A model generated the notes under the pieces. The model did not search any database and had not been told where the DNA came from. It saw nothing but the letters and a program-made list of their open reading frames with translations. From NCBI GenBank assembly GCA_021813945.1, contig JAKAJD010000001.1, positions 432,412 through 496,411 of the forward strand: 64,000 nucleotides of DNA. The letters run 5' to 3'. Every line of letters begins with the position of its first letter. The stretch's first letter is position 1. Below are positions 28,322-37,674 of this stretch, piece after piece. This stretch comes from a bacterium (lineage in GTDB: Bacteria; Patescibacteriota; Microgenomatia; Curtissbacterales; GWA2-41-24). The translations under genes were made by a program, and so were the position numbers.

Positions 28322-29545
28322 ATGACAAGAATGCAAACTGACAAATTCGATGTAATAGTAGCAGGCGCGGGACCGGCCGGAAGCAACTTAGCAAGACAAC
28401 TAAGCCAAAAAAATTACAAAGTGCTCCTTCTGGAAAAAAGCCAGGAAATAGGAAGTCCCAACTTTTCAAGTGCTGGCTCCCCAGACTATATTGTAAAAGA
28501 TTTTTCCCTACCCCAAAGCGTGGTTGCGGCTACTTGGGATAAATTTGAAATCGTAACGCCCAAAAACTCGCACATTTGGAATTACAAAAAAGCTCGAGGC
28601 GTTGTTTTAAAATTTAATAAACTAAAGCGCTTTCTAACAGAAGTTGCTGCCAAAAATGGTGCAAAAGTATTAGTTGGGACTTATGCAACCGATCTCATTT
28701 TTGAGGGGAAAAAACCAATCGGTGTTAAATTTTCCGGACTCCAAAAAGGTGAAGCCTTTGCAAAAATTATAGTCGATGCCTCAGGCCCAAGCGGAATGCT
28801 TGCCCGGCAAGCCGGTTTGCGAAGCGCAAAACTTTGCCCGCCTTCAATAGGCTTAGAATACATTGTCACAAACGTTAAATTCCCAAACCAGAATACAATT
28901 TCGTTTTACCTGGGCAACAGCTTCGCCCCTAAAGGTTATGCATGGGTTTTTCCGATGGGTAAAAATGAAGCCAAAATCGGCATAGGAATTTACGAATCAA
29001 GCACATTCAAACACAAAACAGAGCTTGAAATCTTAAACGAGTTTAAAAACAAGCTTCCATACATGAATGACGCCCAACCTCTGGAGTTGCATGGGAGCAC
29101 ACTTTTTATCTCAAAAGGTTCAACAGCTGCGGTAAATGGAAATATCATATCAATCGGCGATTCGGCAGCCCAAATTAATCCGCTTGGCGGCGAGGGTGTC
29201 CGCCACGCTCTACAGGCCTCCCAAATGGCCCAAGAAGCAATAGATTTAGCCATGAAAAAAGGCAATCTCGCCCTTTTAGAAAATTACCAAAAAGAATGGA
29301 AAAAATATACCGGCCGCAAATGGCAAATTTCTTATCTTTTGACCAAAGTAGTCTACAGAAATTTCACCGACGACATGTATGATGAAGCACTAAACTTAGC
29401 CAAAAGCCTGACTCCAGATGAAATTTTTCAGGTATTTTTTGAATATAATTTCAAAATAGGCTTAAAAGCCCTAAGGGGAAACTTAAAGAGAAAAATGTTT
29501 GCACTTGCCCTAAAAAACCGGATTGCTTCTACGGCTCCTTTTTAG
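28322..29545 (+). CDS. Geranylgeranyl-reductase-family FAD-dependent oxidoreductase
   Basis: N-terminal DVIVAGAGPAGS dinucleotide motif. The overall length and GD motif region fit the GGR family. Confidence 0.7.
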   Translation: MTRMQTDKFDVIVAGAGPAGSNLARQLSQKNYKVLLLEKSQEIGSPNFSSAGSPDYIVKDFSLPQSVVAATWDKFEIVTPKNSHIWNYKKARGVVLKFNKLKRFLTEVAAKNGAKVLVGTYATDLIFEGKKPIGVKFSGLQKGEAFAKIIVDASGPSGMLARQAGLRSAKLCPPSIGLEYIVTNVKFPNQNTISFYLGNSFAPKGYAWVFPMGKNEAKIGIGIYESSTFKHKTELEILNEFKNKLPYMNDAQPLELHGSTLFISKGSTAAVNGNIISIGDSAAQINPLGGEGVRHALQASQMAQEAIDLAMKKGNLALLENYQKEWKKYTGRKWQISYLLTKVVYRNFTDDMYDEALNLAKSLTPDEIFQVFFEYNFKIGLKALRGNLKRKMFALALKNRIASTAPF

Positions 29546-29927
29546 GGACAAAATCTAAAGCAAGCGAATTGATACAGTACCTTTTGCCTCCATGGTCACC
29601 GGGCCCGTCATCAAAAACGTGGCCTAAATGGGCTCCGCAAGTTTTGCAAAGCACCTCAGTCCTTTCTTCACCTAAGCTGTAATCCGGCTCAAGCTTAACA
29701 TTGGCGCTTTTTATAACATCCCAAAAGCTTGGCCAACCGGTTCCGCTATCGTACTTTGTACTTGATGAAAAAAGCCGCGTCTTGCAAACCACGCACAAAT
29801 ATTCACCTTTGTCCTTAACGTAAGTATATCTTCCCGAAAAGGGTAGTTCAGTTCCCTTCAAAAAGCATATGTTGTACCTTTCCTGAGAAAGACTTTTTTT
29901 GGCCTTATCAATTGCAGCTCTATTCAT
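29529..29927 (-). CDS. msrB: Peptide-methionine (R)-S-oxide reductase
   Basis: Two CxxC pairs plus the RYCINS catalytic motif and a GWPSF motif. Confidence 0.85.
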   Translation of the reverse strand: MNRAAIDKAKKSLSQERYNICFLKGTELPFSGRYTYVKDKGEYLCVVCKTRLFSSSTKYDSGTGWPSFWDVIKSANVKLEPDYSLGEERTEVLCKTCGAHLGHVFDDGPGDHGGKRYCINSLALDFVPKKEP

Positions 29928-30292
29928 GCTAGAAAGATATCTATACGAAATGAAAAATCGACTGTCAAGAAGTTCTTAAGACTGCGAAGCCAAAAATGCC
30001 CCAAAAACGACAATTCCCACCAAAATAAAAAGGACGAAAAGAAACCAGATTTTTTTCCACATCAAATCAATAATACCCCAGTGCCATAAGCAGCAAAAGG
30101 CAGTGGAATCTTTAAAGAAGCATTAAAAATACAAGGCCGATTGTTGCGGCCACAACAAGAACAAAAATCCAAAACAAGTTAACATTGTAACTTCTTGGAT
30201 CGGTAAAATTTACCTTTCTTGCCCGGGATTTTTTCATAGGCAGTAATTTAACTTTAAAACAACTGAAATACTTCTGTCAAAGGGGCAAAAGA

Positions 30293-30823
30293 CTATCTCT
30301 TCAGATAAAATCGGTAGAGTTTGTCTGCCCATTCTCCGGCATAATCTACACCTATCCGCTTCGAGCTGGCAATTTGGTCTTTTTTAATTTTTAAGCCCCT
30401 ATCCTCAAACCACAAGCTGATATCTTTAGCGGCTAATTTTCCGTTAAAAGATTTGTCTATTTTTAAAAATTTTGTCAGCTTTGCCGGCCCGTCGAGCCTT
30501 AAGCCTTCAATCTCTACACCTCTGATTAAAACTCCTGCCGGGAAATCTCTCCTGCCACAAACAATATTTAAAAGCCAGTGCATTCCGTAAACGAAATAGA
30601 CATAAAACCTTCCAGCTTCTTCAAACAGAACTTCATTTCTTGGTGTTTTGCCGTGGCTGCCATGGGCCGCCTTGTCCTCCGCGCCATCATAAGCTTCCGT
30701 TTCCACAATTTTGGCAACAATTTCCCTTACGCCAATCTTCCTCACCAAAAATTTACCGAGAAGTTCCTGCGCTACCATAACAGTATTTCTCTCAAAAAAA
30801 CTCTTTGGCAAAACCTTTCGCAT
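30293..30823 (-). CDS. mpg: DNA-3-methyladenine glycosylase (Mpg/AAG family)
   Basis: TEAYDG...HG..G.T.RNEVLFEEAGRFYVY signature. Length 176 aa. Confidence 0.8.
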   Translation of the reverse strand: MRKVLPKSFFERNTVMVAQELLGKFLVRKIGVREIVAKIVETEAYDGAEDKAAHGSHGKTPRNEVLFEEAGRFYVYFVYGMHWLLNIVCGRRDFPAGVLIRGVEIEGLRLDGPAKLTKFLKIDKSFNGKLAAKDISLWFEDRGLKIKKDQIASSKRIGVDYAGEWADKLYRFYLKR

Positions 30824-30830
30824 TTAAAAA

Positions 30831-31229
30831 CTACGAGGCAGCAACTGTAGATACAATTATTTCCCTGTCTCTGGGACCATAAAGCTCAATTAAAACCACC
30901 TTTTGCCATTGCCCCAAAACCAGCTTTCTTGCTTCAAAGGGAAGCATTATTGAAGGGCCGATTAAAGAACCGTTGATGTGGTCTGTAGCATGGCTTGGAT
31001 CATGTGGATGTCTGTACTTTATGCCGGCACCGAGTGAAGCAATAAAGTCCAAAGCGTCCAAGTCCGTCCCGGGATCCATATCAGCCGTGGTTAATCCTGC
31101 GGTAGTGTGCGTTAAAAACAGGTAGCAAAGACCGGAGTCTAAACTTTGCTTTGCCAAATAATCATTAACATCAAGTGTGATGTCTAAAACCTGTTTCTTT
31201 TGAGTTGTTTTTAAATATATTCTATTCAT
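30831..31229 (-). CDS. yjbQ: YjbQ/UPF0047 family protein
   Basis: Length 132 aa, with the conserved YLFLTHTTAGLT and HPHDPSH motifs. Confidence 0.75.
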   Translation of the reverse strand: MNRIYLKTTQKKQVLDITLDVNDYLAKQSLDSGLCYLFLTHTTAGLTTADMDPGTDLDALDFIASLGAGIKYRHPHDPSHATDHINGSLIGPSIMLPFEARKLVLGQWQKVVLIELYGPRDREIIVSTVAAS

Positions 31230-31236
31230 AATTCAC

Positions 31237-31578
31237 TTATTCCATATATTCAATTTGCGATACTTCATAGCGCGGTGACGAAAAAACCAAAAGTGTCATT
31301 TGGCCGGAATCTACAAAAGCTGTATTTCTCGGAATAAAGATCAAATCGCCAGTAGCAACGGGGCTTGCCTCTTCATCGTCGACAGCAAAAGTTCCGGTTC
31401 CCTCTAAAACGTAATAAAACTCATCACTTTTCCTATTTATATGACGTCTATTAACACCTTGAACGCGAATCATTGCAACGCTCATTTGCTCAAACTCTGG
31501 CTTGTTGAATAAGTTTTTAACCTTTATTGCCCCAAAATCTTCTTCCGAAATCTGCTGAGTTTTGATAATTATTGCCAT
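31237..31578 (-). CDS. Cupin-domain protein
   Basis: Length 113 aa, with a small beta-barrel motif pattern (EFYYVLEGTG...GDLIFIP). Confidence 0.55.
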   Translation of the reverse strand: MAIIIKTQQISEEDFGAIKVKNLFNKPEFEQMSVAMIRVQGVNRRHINRKSDEFYYVLEGTGTFAVDDEEASPVATGDLIFIPRNTAFVDSGQMTLLVFSSPRYEVSQIEYME

Positions 31579-31624
31579 ATTCTATTTTTAGCTTTTTAGT
31601 CCGCTTTTTGCAATTCTAGCTAAT

Positions 31625-31972
31625 TTATTCTTGCCCCAAATTATTTATTTTAGCAGCAAGAATGAAGTCGTTTTCAGAAAGACCCGAAACCGCATGAGTG
31701 TAAAGTGTCACAACAGCTTTGCCCCACCCAAAAATAATCTCCGGATGGTGCCCTTCTTCTTCTGCAATTTTCCCGACTTCGTTAACAAAACCTAAAGCGG
31801 ACTTAAAATCATCAAACTTGAACTTGCGTTGGATCTTTAAAACGCCATCTTCTGCTAAATTCCAGCCGTCGACTTCTGCCAACATATTTTCAGCCTCGAC
31901 TCGCCTCATCGGTGGCGTTCCACCTTCGCAAGGTACGCATCTTTTACTGGCTAAATCGTTCATATTAGACAT
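31625..31972 (-). CDS. Pterin-4-alpha-carbinolamine dehydratase
   Basis: EEGHHPEI and GLSEND motifs. Length 115 aa. Confidence 0.8.
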   Translation of the reverse strand: MSNMNDLASKRCVPCEGGTPPMRRVEAENMLAEVDGWNLAEDGVLKIQRKFKFDDFKSALGFVNEVGKIAEEEGHHPEIIFGWGKAVVTLYTHAVSGLSENDFILAAKINNLGQE

Positions 31973-32000
31973 TATACCCCTGCTAATATATATTTAAATT

Positions 32001-32435
32001 ATGAAAGGCAAATACCTCCTTGCCGGACAAGTAATTTTATTTCTGATTTTAATTTACTTTTCCAACTTTTCTCTTCTTTTCACCAACGGATTTTTACTGG
32101 TTCTTTTTGCTTTGGCAGTCGGCTTAGGATTGTATTCTATCTATAACATGGGCTTTGACACACTTTCACCATTTCCCGAACCCAAAAAGGGCGGCAAACA
32201 TGTACAGGAAGGTGCCTATAAATTCATGAGACACCCAATGTATACTGCTCTTATCATTTTTGGCCTGAGCTTTGTTTTATCCAGCCCAGAGCTTTTAAAC
32301 ACAATTACTTACTTAATCTTGATATACATTCTGGATGCAAAAGCTTCTTACGAAGAAGGGTTCTTAATTAAAATTTACCCAACTTACGAGGTTTATTTAG
32401 AAAACACCAAAAAATTCATCCCGTTCATCTATTAA
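32001..32435 (+). CDS. Isoprenylcysteine carboxyl methyltransferase (ICMT)-family membrane methyltransferase
   Basis: Four TM helices. C-terminal GAYKFMRHPMY and EEGFL motifs. Confidence 0.7.
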   Translation: MKGKYLLAGQVILFLILIYFSNFSLLFTNGFLLVLFALAVGLGLYSIYNMGFDTLSPFPEPKKGGKHVQEGAYKFMRHPMYTALIIFGLSFVLSSPELLNTITYLILIYILDAKASYEEGFLIKIYPTYEVYLENTKKFIPFIY

Positions 32436-32474
32436 ACCCGTTCTAATTCCCTGCTAACTGACCACTTTTAGCCT

Positions 32475-32491
32475 CCAAGGCCAGGCCTTGG
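32475..32491. repeat. Perfect 17-nt palindrome CCAAGGCCAGGCCTTGG, a member of the dispersed AAGGCCWGRCCTT family
   Basis: Read directly from sequence. It sits in the spacer upstream of the ABC exporter gene. Confidence 0.6.
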
Positions 32492-32521
32492 TTTCAATAA
32501 AATGGTATCATAACTGGTTAT

Positions 32522-34291
32522 ATGCAAAATATCTGGCGGATCATAAAAATCTCTAAACCCCTGCACAACATTGCAGCAATCATTGGGCTTTTGATTCTGG
32601 CAAGCTCCTTTCTCGAGCTTCTCCCGCCGATTATTTCCAAATACATTGTCGACGAAATCTTAAGCCAGATCCAAAACCACAGCGGCAACCTGGGAAAACT
32701 CATCTCGCTTATCGTCTTAAGCTTTGTTCTGAGCTTTATCGGTGTAATAATAACCACAGCTTCCGATCGTCTGGGCGACCATTTTGCAGGCAAACTCCGC
32801 CAGTTTTTAACGGAAAAATTCTACGACAAGGTACTCACGCTTCCCCAATCCTATTTTGACGGCGAAATTTCCGGAAAAATCGTAAACCAGCTAAACCGGG
32901 CAATCCAATCCATCCAGAACTTCATAAACGGTTCAACCAACTTCATGCTTCCGACTTTTCTGCAAAGCATTTTTACAATTGTGGTTTTAGCCTACTACAG
33001 CCTCCCTATAGCCCTTTTTATAACTATCCTTTTCCCAATCTACCTGTCGCTTTCCTACTACTCAACTAAGCGTTGGGGTGAAAAAGAGGTTGAAAAGAAC
33101 AAGTTTGAAGATTTAAACCGCGGCAGAATAACAGAGGTAATCGGAAACATAAAGCTAGTCAAAAGCTCCAATAACCAGCTTTTTGAATTCAAATACCTCT
33201 CCGAAAATCTCACAACGATTAACAAAATCTATGCCAAACAAAGCTGGACTTTCCATAAATTCGATTTTGCCAGAAACTTAAGCCTGATTTTAATTATCCT
33301 CGGCATCTCCATCGTCGCTTTTTACAGCGCCTTTACGGGTGCAATTACAGTCGGAACCCTAGTCCTTATCCTTCAGCTTGTAAACCAGGCCCGCCGGCCG
33401 CTTTTTGCCATGAGCTTTATATTAACCAACATCCAGCAAGCCGAAGCCGGAAGCAAGGAATATTTTGAAATTTTGTCACTTTCTTCCGCCGAAAACTATA
33501 AAAAACGAATTCCCTCCCAAAAAATCCCAAACCCTACTATTAAATTTAAAGATGTATCCTTTTCCTACGAAAAATCAAAAGGCATCCTTAAAAACGTCTC
33601 CTTTGACCTTAGGGAAAACGACACAATTGCCCTGGTCGGCCCATCCGGAGCCGGTAAGACAACGATTGTGAATTTGATTTTGAAATTCTATAACCCAACA
33701 TCCGGAGATATATTTTTAAAGGGTAAAAATTATAAAAAACTTGACCACCAACTGGTTAGAAACAACATTGCCCTCGTTTTCCAAGAGAGCGAACTCTTTT
33801 CAACAACAATTGCCGAAAATGTCCGCTACGGCAAACCGGAAGCTAAGGATTCGGAAGTCATCGATGCCCTTAAAAAGGCAAACGCATACGATTTTGTCCA
33901 AAGCTTTAAAGATGGGATCCAAACAGAAGTTGGAGAACGCGGCGTCCGCCTTTCGGGAGGCCAAAAACAAAGGATCCAAGTTGCCCGCGCAATCCTAAAA
34001 AACGCCCCGATTTTGATTTTAGATGAAGCTACCTCGTCACTTGATGCCAAAAGCGAACGCGAAGTCCAAATTGCCCTCGAAAACCTTATGAAAAATAAGC
34101 TGGTTATTATAATCGCCCACCGTTTTTCAACAATCCAAAGCGCCAAAAAAATAATCGTTATCTCCGAAGGTAAAATTGTTGGCCAAGGCAAGCCAAAGGA
34201 CCTTGCTTCCAAACCTGGAATTTACCGGGACCTTTTGCATTACCAAATAGAAGGCAACAAAAAATTACTGGAGAAATTTGAAATTTACTGA
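32522..34291 (+). CDS. ABC transporter permease/ATP-binding fusion protein (MsbA-like exporter)
   Basis: 6 TM helices in the N-terminal half. Walker A GPSGAGKTT. Signature LSGGQKQR. Walker B ILILDEATS. Confidence 0.85.
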   Translation: MQNIWRIIKISKPLHNIAAIIGLLILASSFLELLPPIISKYIVDEILSQIQNHSGNLGKLISLIVLSFVLSFIGVIITTASDRLGDHFAGKLRQFLTEKFYDKVLTLPQSYFDGEISGKIVNQLNRAIQSIQNFINGSTNFMLPTFLQSIFTIVVLAYYSLPIALFITILFPIYLSLSYYSTKRWGEKEVEKNKFEDLNRGRITEVIGNIKLVKSSNNQLFEFKYLSENLTTINKIYAKQSWTFHKFDFARNLSLILIILGISIVAFYSAFTGAITVGTLVLILQLVNQARRPLFAMSFILTNIQQAEAGSKEYFEILSLSSAENYKKRIPSQKIPNPTIKFKDVSFSYEKSKGILKNVSFDLRENDTIALVGPSGAGKTTIVNLILKFYNPTSGDIFLKGKNYKKLDHQLVRNNIALVFQESELFSTTIAENVRYGKPEAKDSEVIDALKKANAYDFVQSFKDGIQTEVGERGVRLSGGQKQRIQVARAILKNAPILILDEATSSLDAKSEREVQIALENLMKNKLVIIIAHRFSTIQSAKKIIVISEGKIVGQGKPKDLASKPGIYRDLLHYQIEGNKKLLEKFEIY

Positions 34292-34740
34292 GATTCGGGT
34301 GGTTTCACCAAATCATCGGAAACAAAATCGATTAAATCTTCAAAAACCGCTTCCGGATTTTTGGGCATTCCTTTTTGGCCAGGATTTGTCACTTTAAACT
34401 TTTTTCTGTCATAGCAAAATGTTACAGAACTCCCTCCAACCGCAAATTTGAAAGCCGTTTCACGCTTCGAGATGGGTAAAAAAGCAAATTCTACTGAATC
34501 GGCAGTTCTAAAAGCAGGGATAGAATCGAGCAAAAACCGGGCCGCTTGGCCTCCTGTCAAGGCAGAGGCGCGAATACTTTCGGCTAGCGAATCAGAAGTA
34601 TAATGAAGCCATCTCTCATATGGATCATCTGGACGAGGCATCAAAACATAAACCGTATCCAGTGTGTCGTTAATATGTTCTCTTCTCTGATCTTCTTCAG
34701 CAGATAGTTTCCAAAATGGAAATCTTTCTCGAATCGACAT
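34285..34740 (-). CDS. Hypothetical protein (acidic, R/D/E-rich)
   Basis: ORF of 151 aa with no competing ORF. It overlaps the ABC exporter stop by 7 nt. Confidence 0.4.
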   Translation of the reverse strand: MSIRERFPFWKLSAEEDQRREHINDTLDTVYVLMPRPDDPYERWLHYTSDSLAESIRASALTGGQAARFLLDSIPAFRTADSVEFAFLPISKRETAFKFAVGGSSVTFCYDRKKFKVTNPGQKGMPKNPEAVFEDLIDFVSDDLVKPPESQ

Positions 34741-34892
34741 ATTGAGAAAGGTTTATACACTCAAATGAGAATTAAGTCAACAAAAATTCCTATCTTGTTA
34801 AAAGAGTTCTCAGTTTGGTATAATTATTTTATAGTCGCCTTTGGCGATTTTTTCGTTTTTTACCACTTTTTGCCAAATCACTACTCATTTTT

Positions 34893-34918
34893 TCAAAAAT
34901 TTGACCAAAAGAAGTCAA
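34893..34918 (-). terminator. Candidate rho-independent terminator after the LUD gene (TTGAC-loop-GTCAA hairpin followed by ATTTTTG on the minus strand)
   Basis: 5-bp stem with an 8-nt loop and a T-run, read directly from sequence. The hairpin is weak. Confidence 0.2.
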
Positions 34919-34975
34919 AATTGTCGAAATTTGGACTAAAATCCTGCTAATTAGCTACTTTTTTTATTTGGGGAC

Positions 34976-35638
34976 TTAAAAACCTAAAACTTCTTTAACT
35001 AAAATTACCCTTATTCTGCCCGGTTTATTTTCGCGGTTCATAATAAGAAGCTTGCTTACATTGCTTCCTTCCGTACCATAGGCCTCATGAGCCCTTATTG
35101 CCTCCAAGGGTAACGATCTTTCGTTAATTCGCCTGAACCCAGCATCAATATCTTTAACAATCTTCTGTACCCCCACAACCCAAATTACGTTTTTCGACCC
35201 ATTTGCATAACCTGGGAGCTGGCTTCCCGAATTGGAAGCAATCATCACATGTCCGTCTTGGGTCACGGCATGAACAGACCCAATAGCATATTCTGCAGCA
35301 GCACCCATTTTTAACATTTCAAGCTCTTGGGTTACTCGATCCATAGTTTTAAGTTTGGATTTTACGGAATTATATTTGCCCGATTCATTAATCTGCGATG
35401 TGACACCAATTGTATCCAATGTTCTCGAGGTCATAACCATCACTTCCGCACCGTCAGGGAGAATTTCAAACACCCTTTCTTTTGCCTTAATACCGTTTTC
35501 GACTATCTCTGCTTGGAAATTATTGGCAGAAAGCGCCTTAGCAGCCTTTTCTATGACATCATCTGCGGGAATTGTCGCCCACTTACCGCTTTTTTCAAGT
35601 TCTTCAACCTGTTTTTGGGCTTGAATATAATTCAACAC
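34976..35638 (-). CDS. LUD-domain (LutC/DUF162-like) protein
   Basis: Length 220 aa. It resembles lactate-utilisation LutC/YkgG-type proteins in length and in its central Gly-rich segments. Recall-based. Confidence 0.55.
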   Translation of the reverse strand: MLNYIQAQKQVEELEKSGKWATIPADDVIEKAAKALSANNFQAEIVENGIKAKERVFEILPDGAEVMVMTSRTLDTIGVTSQINESGKYNSVKSKLKTMDRVTQELEMLKMGAAAEYAIGSVHAVTQDGHVMIASNSGSQLPGYANGSKNVIWVVGVQKIVKDIDAGFRRINERSLPLEAIRAHEAYGTEGSNVSKLLIMNRENKPGRIRVILVKEVLGF

Positions 35639-35664
35639 AGCAACATTTTAGCACCCTGAAAGCA

Positions 35665-36021
35665 TTATTTTCCTGTCTGAACAACTGTACCCTCTGGAGC
35701 CAAAACTTTAAAAACTCTTGTCATACCTGTTGCCTCACCCGCAATGATCCTTGCGACACCACTCTCAAGATCAACATCATAACTTTCTCCTTCGGATAAT
35801 CTCACATTACCCCAAACCGATTCTTTGCCACCGTGGCATTCTCTAGCAAAAAGTTTTCGTGCACCCTTCACACGTACACTGGCAAAGTTTCCTTCACTGT
35901 CAGCAACCCCCAAGAACCTTCCGATTGGTACAGAAATATCTACTTCAGTGGTCTCACGCCTTGCCTCTGGAAAAGGCATTGTGTCAGACCGTGACCTTCC
36001 ATTTTGATATTCACATGTCAT
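35665..36021 (-). CDS. Hypothetical protein of 118 aa with a very strong SD (AAAAAGGAGGTGAAAAAAG-ATG)
   Basis: ORF preceded by a perfect SD at 7-nt spacing. I recognise no motif. Confidence 0.45.
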   Translation of the reverse strand: MTCEYQNGRSRSDTMPFPEARRETTEVDISVPIGRFLGVADSEGNFASVRVKGARKLFARECHGGKESVWGNVRLSEGESYDVDLESGVARIIAGEATGMTRVFKVLAPEGTVVQTGK

Positions 36022-36044
36022 CTTTTTTCACCTCCTTTTTGGTT

Positions 36045-36064
36045 TCAAAAAAACCGCCGGCGGT
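36045..36064 (-). terminator. Candidate terminator on the minus strand: palindrome ACCGCCGGCGGT followed by T7
   Basis: A GC-rich 12-nt palindrome plus a U-run, read directly from sequence. It lies between the 36158 gene stop and the 36021 gene start. Confidence 0.3.
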
Positions 36065-36157
36065 CAATTAACCTCTTGCCGTGCGGTTTTATTTAGTTTT
36101 CTAATATAATTTTAGCTTAGGCTGAAGCTAAATGTAAACCCCTTAATAATATAGGCT

Positions 36158-36685
36158 TTAAAAATCAGGATCCTCGTGTTCCCTGGAAACAATTATGGCT
36201 GCGGTTCCAATTGATCGCATTCTAAGCCAATACAAAGCGCTGGCATCCGGGTTTAACATTCTATTGTCTTGCTGAGGGCTGGTACTACGCCTAAATTTTT
36301 TGAATGCATCATCTGCCAACTCGACAACAGTATCAATTTTAAAGTCACGAGCTGCTTCTCGCTCAGCATCTGTGAATTGGGGACTGTTTAACTTTAGCTG
36401 CAAACCAGTTTTAACTTGATGAAAACCTCCTGCCAACCTTTCAGCATCTTCCCATAAATTTCCCTGGGGCATCTGCGGAAAGCAGAGGGAAACCAAACCG
36501 TGGGCAATCTTTTTGGCATAATCCTCATCGATAACACCGTCTGGCACATCGCAAAGACCTAAAGTGCCCCCACCCCGGTCAAAAACGCGCTCAATTGGCA
36601 ATCCCCGACGAACGGCATAATCCAAAGCCGTAATTTCTTCGTCCAATTCGATTTCCCTACCAATTTTTTCTCTATCGGCGCTCAT
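36158..36685 (-). CDS. Hypothetical protein (175 aa, R/D/E/G-rich)
   Basis: ORF with no competing ORF. Local GC is higher than in the neighbouring genes. Confidence 0.4.
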   Translation of the reverse strand: MSADREKIGREIELDEEITALDYAVRRGLPIERVFDRGGGTLGLCDVPDGVIDEDYAKKIAHGLVSLCFPQMPQGNLWEDAERLAGGFHQVKTGLQLKLNSPQFTDAEREAARDFKIDTVVELADDAFKKFRRSTSPQQDNRMLNPDASALYWLRMRSIGTAAIIVSREHEDPDF

Positions 36686-36778
36686 AAATCCGTTAAAAAG
36701 CGGCCTTGTGGTCGCAAAATGAACGGAAATTATAGCAAATTTAGGAATTTAGGGCAAGTTTGAATTATAAGAAAAAAA

Positions 36779-37207
36779 CTAAATTTCGCCCCTTGCCATT
36801 TTACCTTTTACAATCTCGGCTATTTCTTTCAACCTGAACCAGTAACTAGCCACCTCGAGTTGATGGCCAACATCCGCATTGTCTTCAACCAAAGCTTGGA
36901 CTAGCGGCTCCCGATTAGCATTAAACTGGCTTTCCGGGAATTCGAGAACCCTTCCTAAAGGAATTCCTCCAAGCAGAGCGGGACTTCCTTTGAATCGATC
37001 AACTAAACTGGTAGCATTCTCGTCGTCGTCATCATCAGGCATAGATTCAAATAAATTGGCATAAAATTCAAAAATCCTGTCTTGTTCGGTATTTGCTTCT
37101 CTTAATTCAGGCGCACGGGAAGATCCGTCAGGTTGAAGCACTTGGAAGGTGCGTCGCCTCCAATCATCATTATGGGAGGAAGGATCAGGACTGGTTTCTT
37201 GAATCAT
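36779..37207 (-). CDS. Hypothetical acidic protein (142 aa, with a DDDDDEN stretch)
   Basis: ORF with no competing ORF and no recognisable motif. Confidence 0.4.
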   Translation of the reverse strand: MIQETSPDPSSHNDDWRRRTFQVLQPDGSSRAPELREANTEQDRIFEFYANLFESMPDDDDDENATSLVDRFKGSPALLGGIPLGRVLEFPESQFNANREPLVQALVEDNADVGHQLEVASYWFRLKEIAEIVKGKMARGEI

Positions 37208-37328
37208 TTATAATCTTTGGGCAATTTCTGCACTTGGACTTGGCAGTCCGGCTCTTCCATAAATTTAAGGCCGTGAAAACAGCCTCAACTAAATTATAAT
37301 CCTTAGATGCAAATTGTCTAGGTAAAAA

Positions 37329-37661
37329 TCAACGTCTGACTGGATATTTTTTTTCGTTTTTTTTCATTTTAGCTTCAAATTCACGCTCTAAATCGATTTT
37401 AAATTCCTCAGCTATTAAAAGCACATTATGCAAAACGTCCGAAAGCTCTTCGGCAACTTCTCTGCCCTTTTTGGATTTTAGGTATTTACGCATCTCGGCA
37501 TCGGTTTTCCACTTAAAATGCTCCAAAAATTCGGCCGTTTCCAAAGCTAAACTAATAGCCAAATCTTTTGGCCTATGAAACTTTTTCCAGCCACGAGCGT
37601 CGCGAAAATCCCGCACGCGCTTTTGCAAGTCGGCAAGCGTTTTCATAAGCGAATTATACAA
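37329..37661 (-). CDS. MazG-like nucleotide pyrophosphohydrolase
   Basis: LADLQKRVRDFRDARGW...EFLEHFKW, the classic MazG/NTP-PPase helix motifs. Confidence 0.75.
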   Translation of the reverse strand: MYNSLMKTLADLQKRVRDFRDARGWKKFHRPKDLAISLALETAEFLEHFKWKTDAEMRKYLKSKKGREVAEELSDVLHNVLLIAEEFKIDLEREFEAKMKKNEKKYPVRR

Positions 37662-37674
37662 TTTACGATTGACT

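Noticed and set aside
34765-34950. 61-aa plus-strand ORF in the spacer between the hypothetical gene and the LUD gene
   Set aside because: It has no RBS and sits in a region with terminator-like hairpins for the minus-strand genes. It is probably non-coding.
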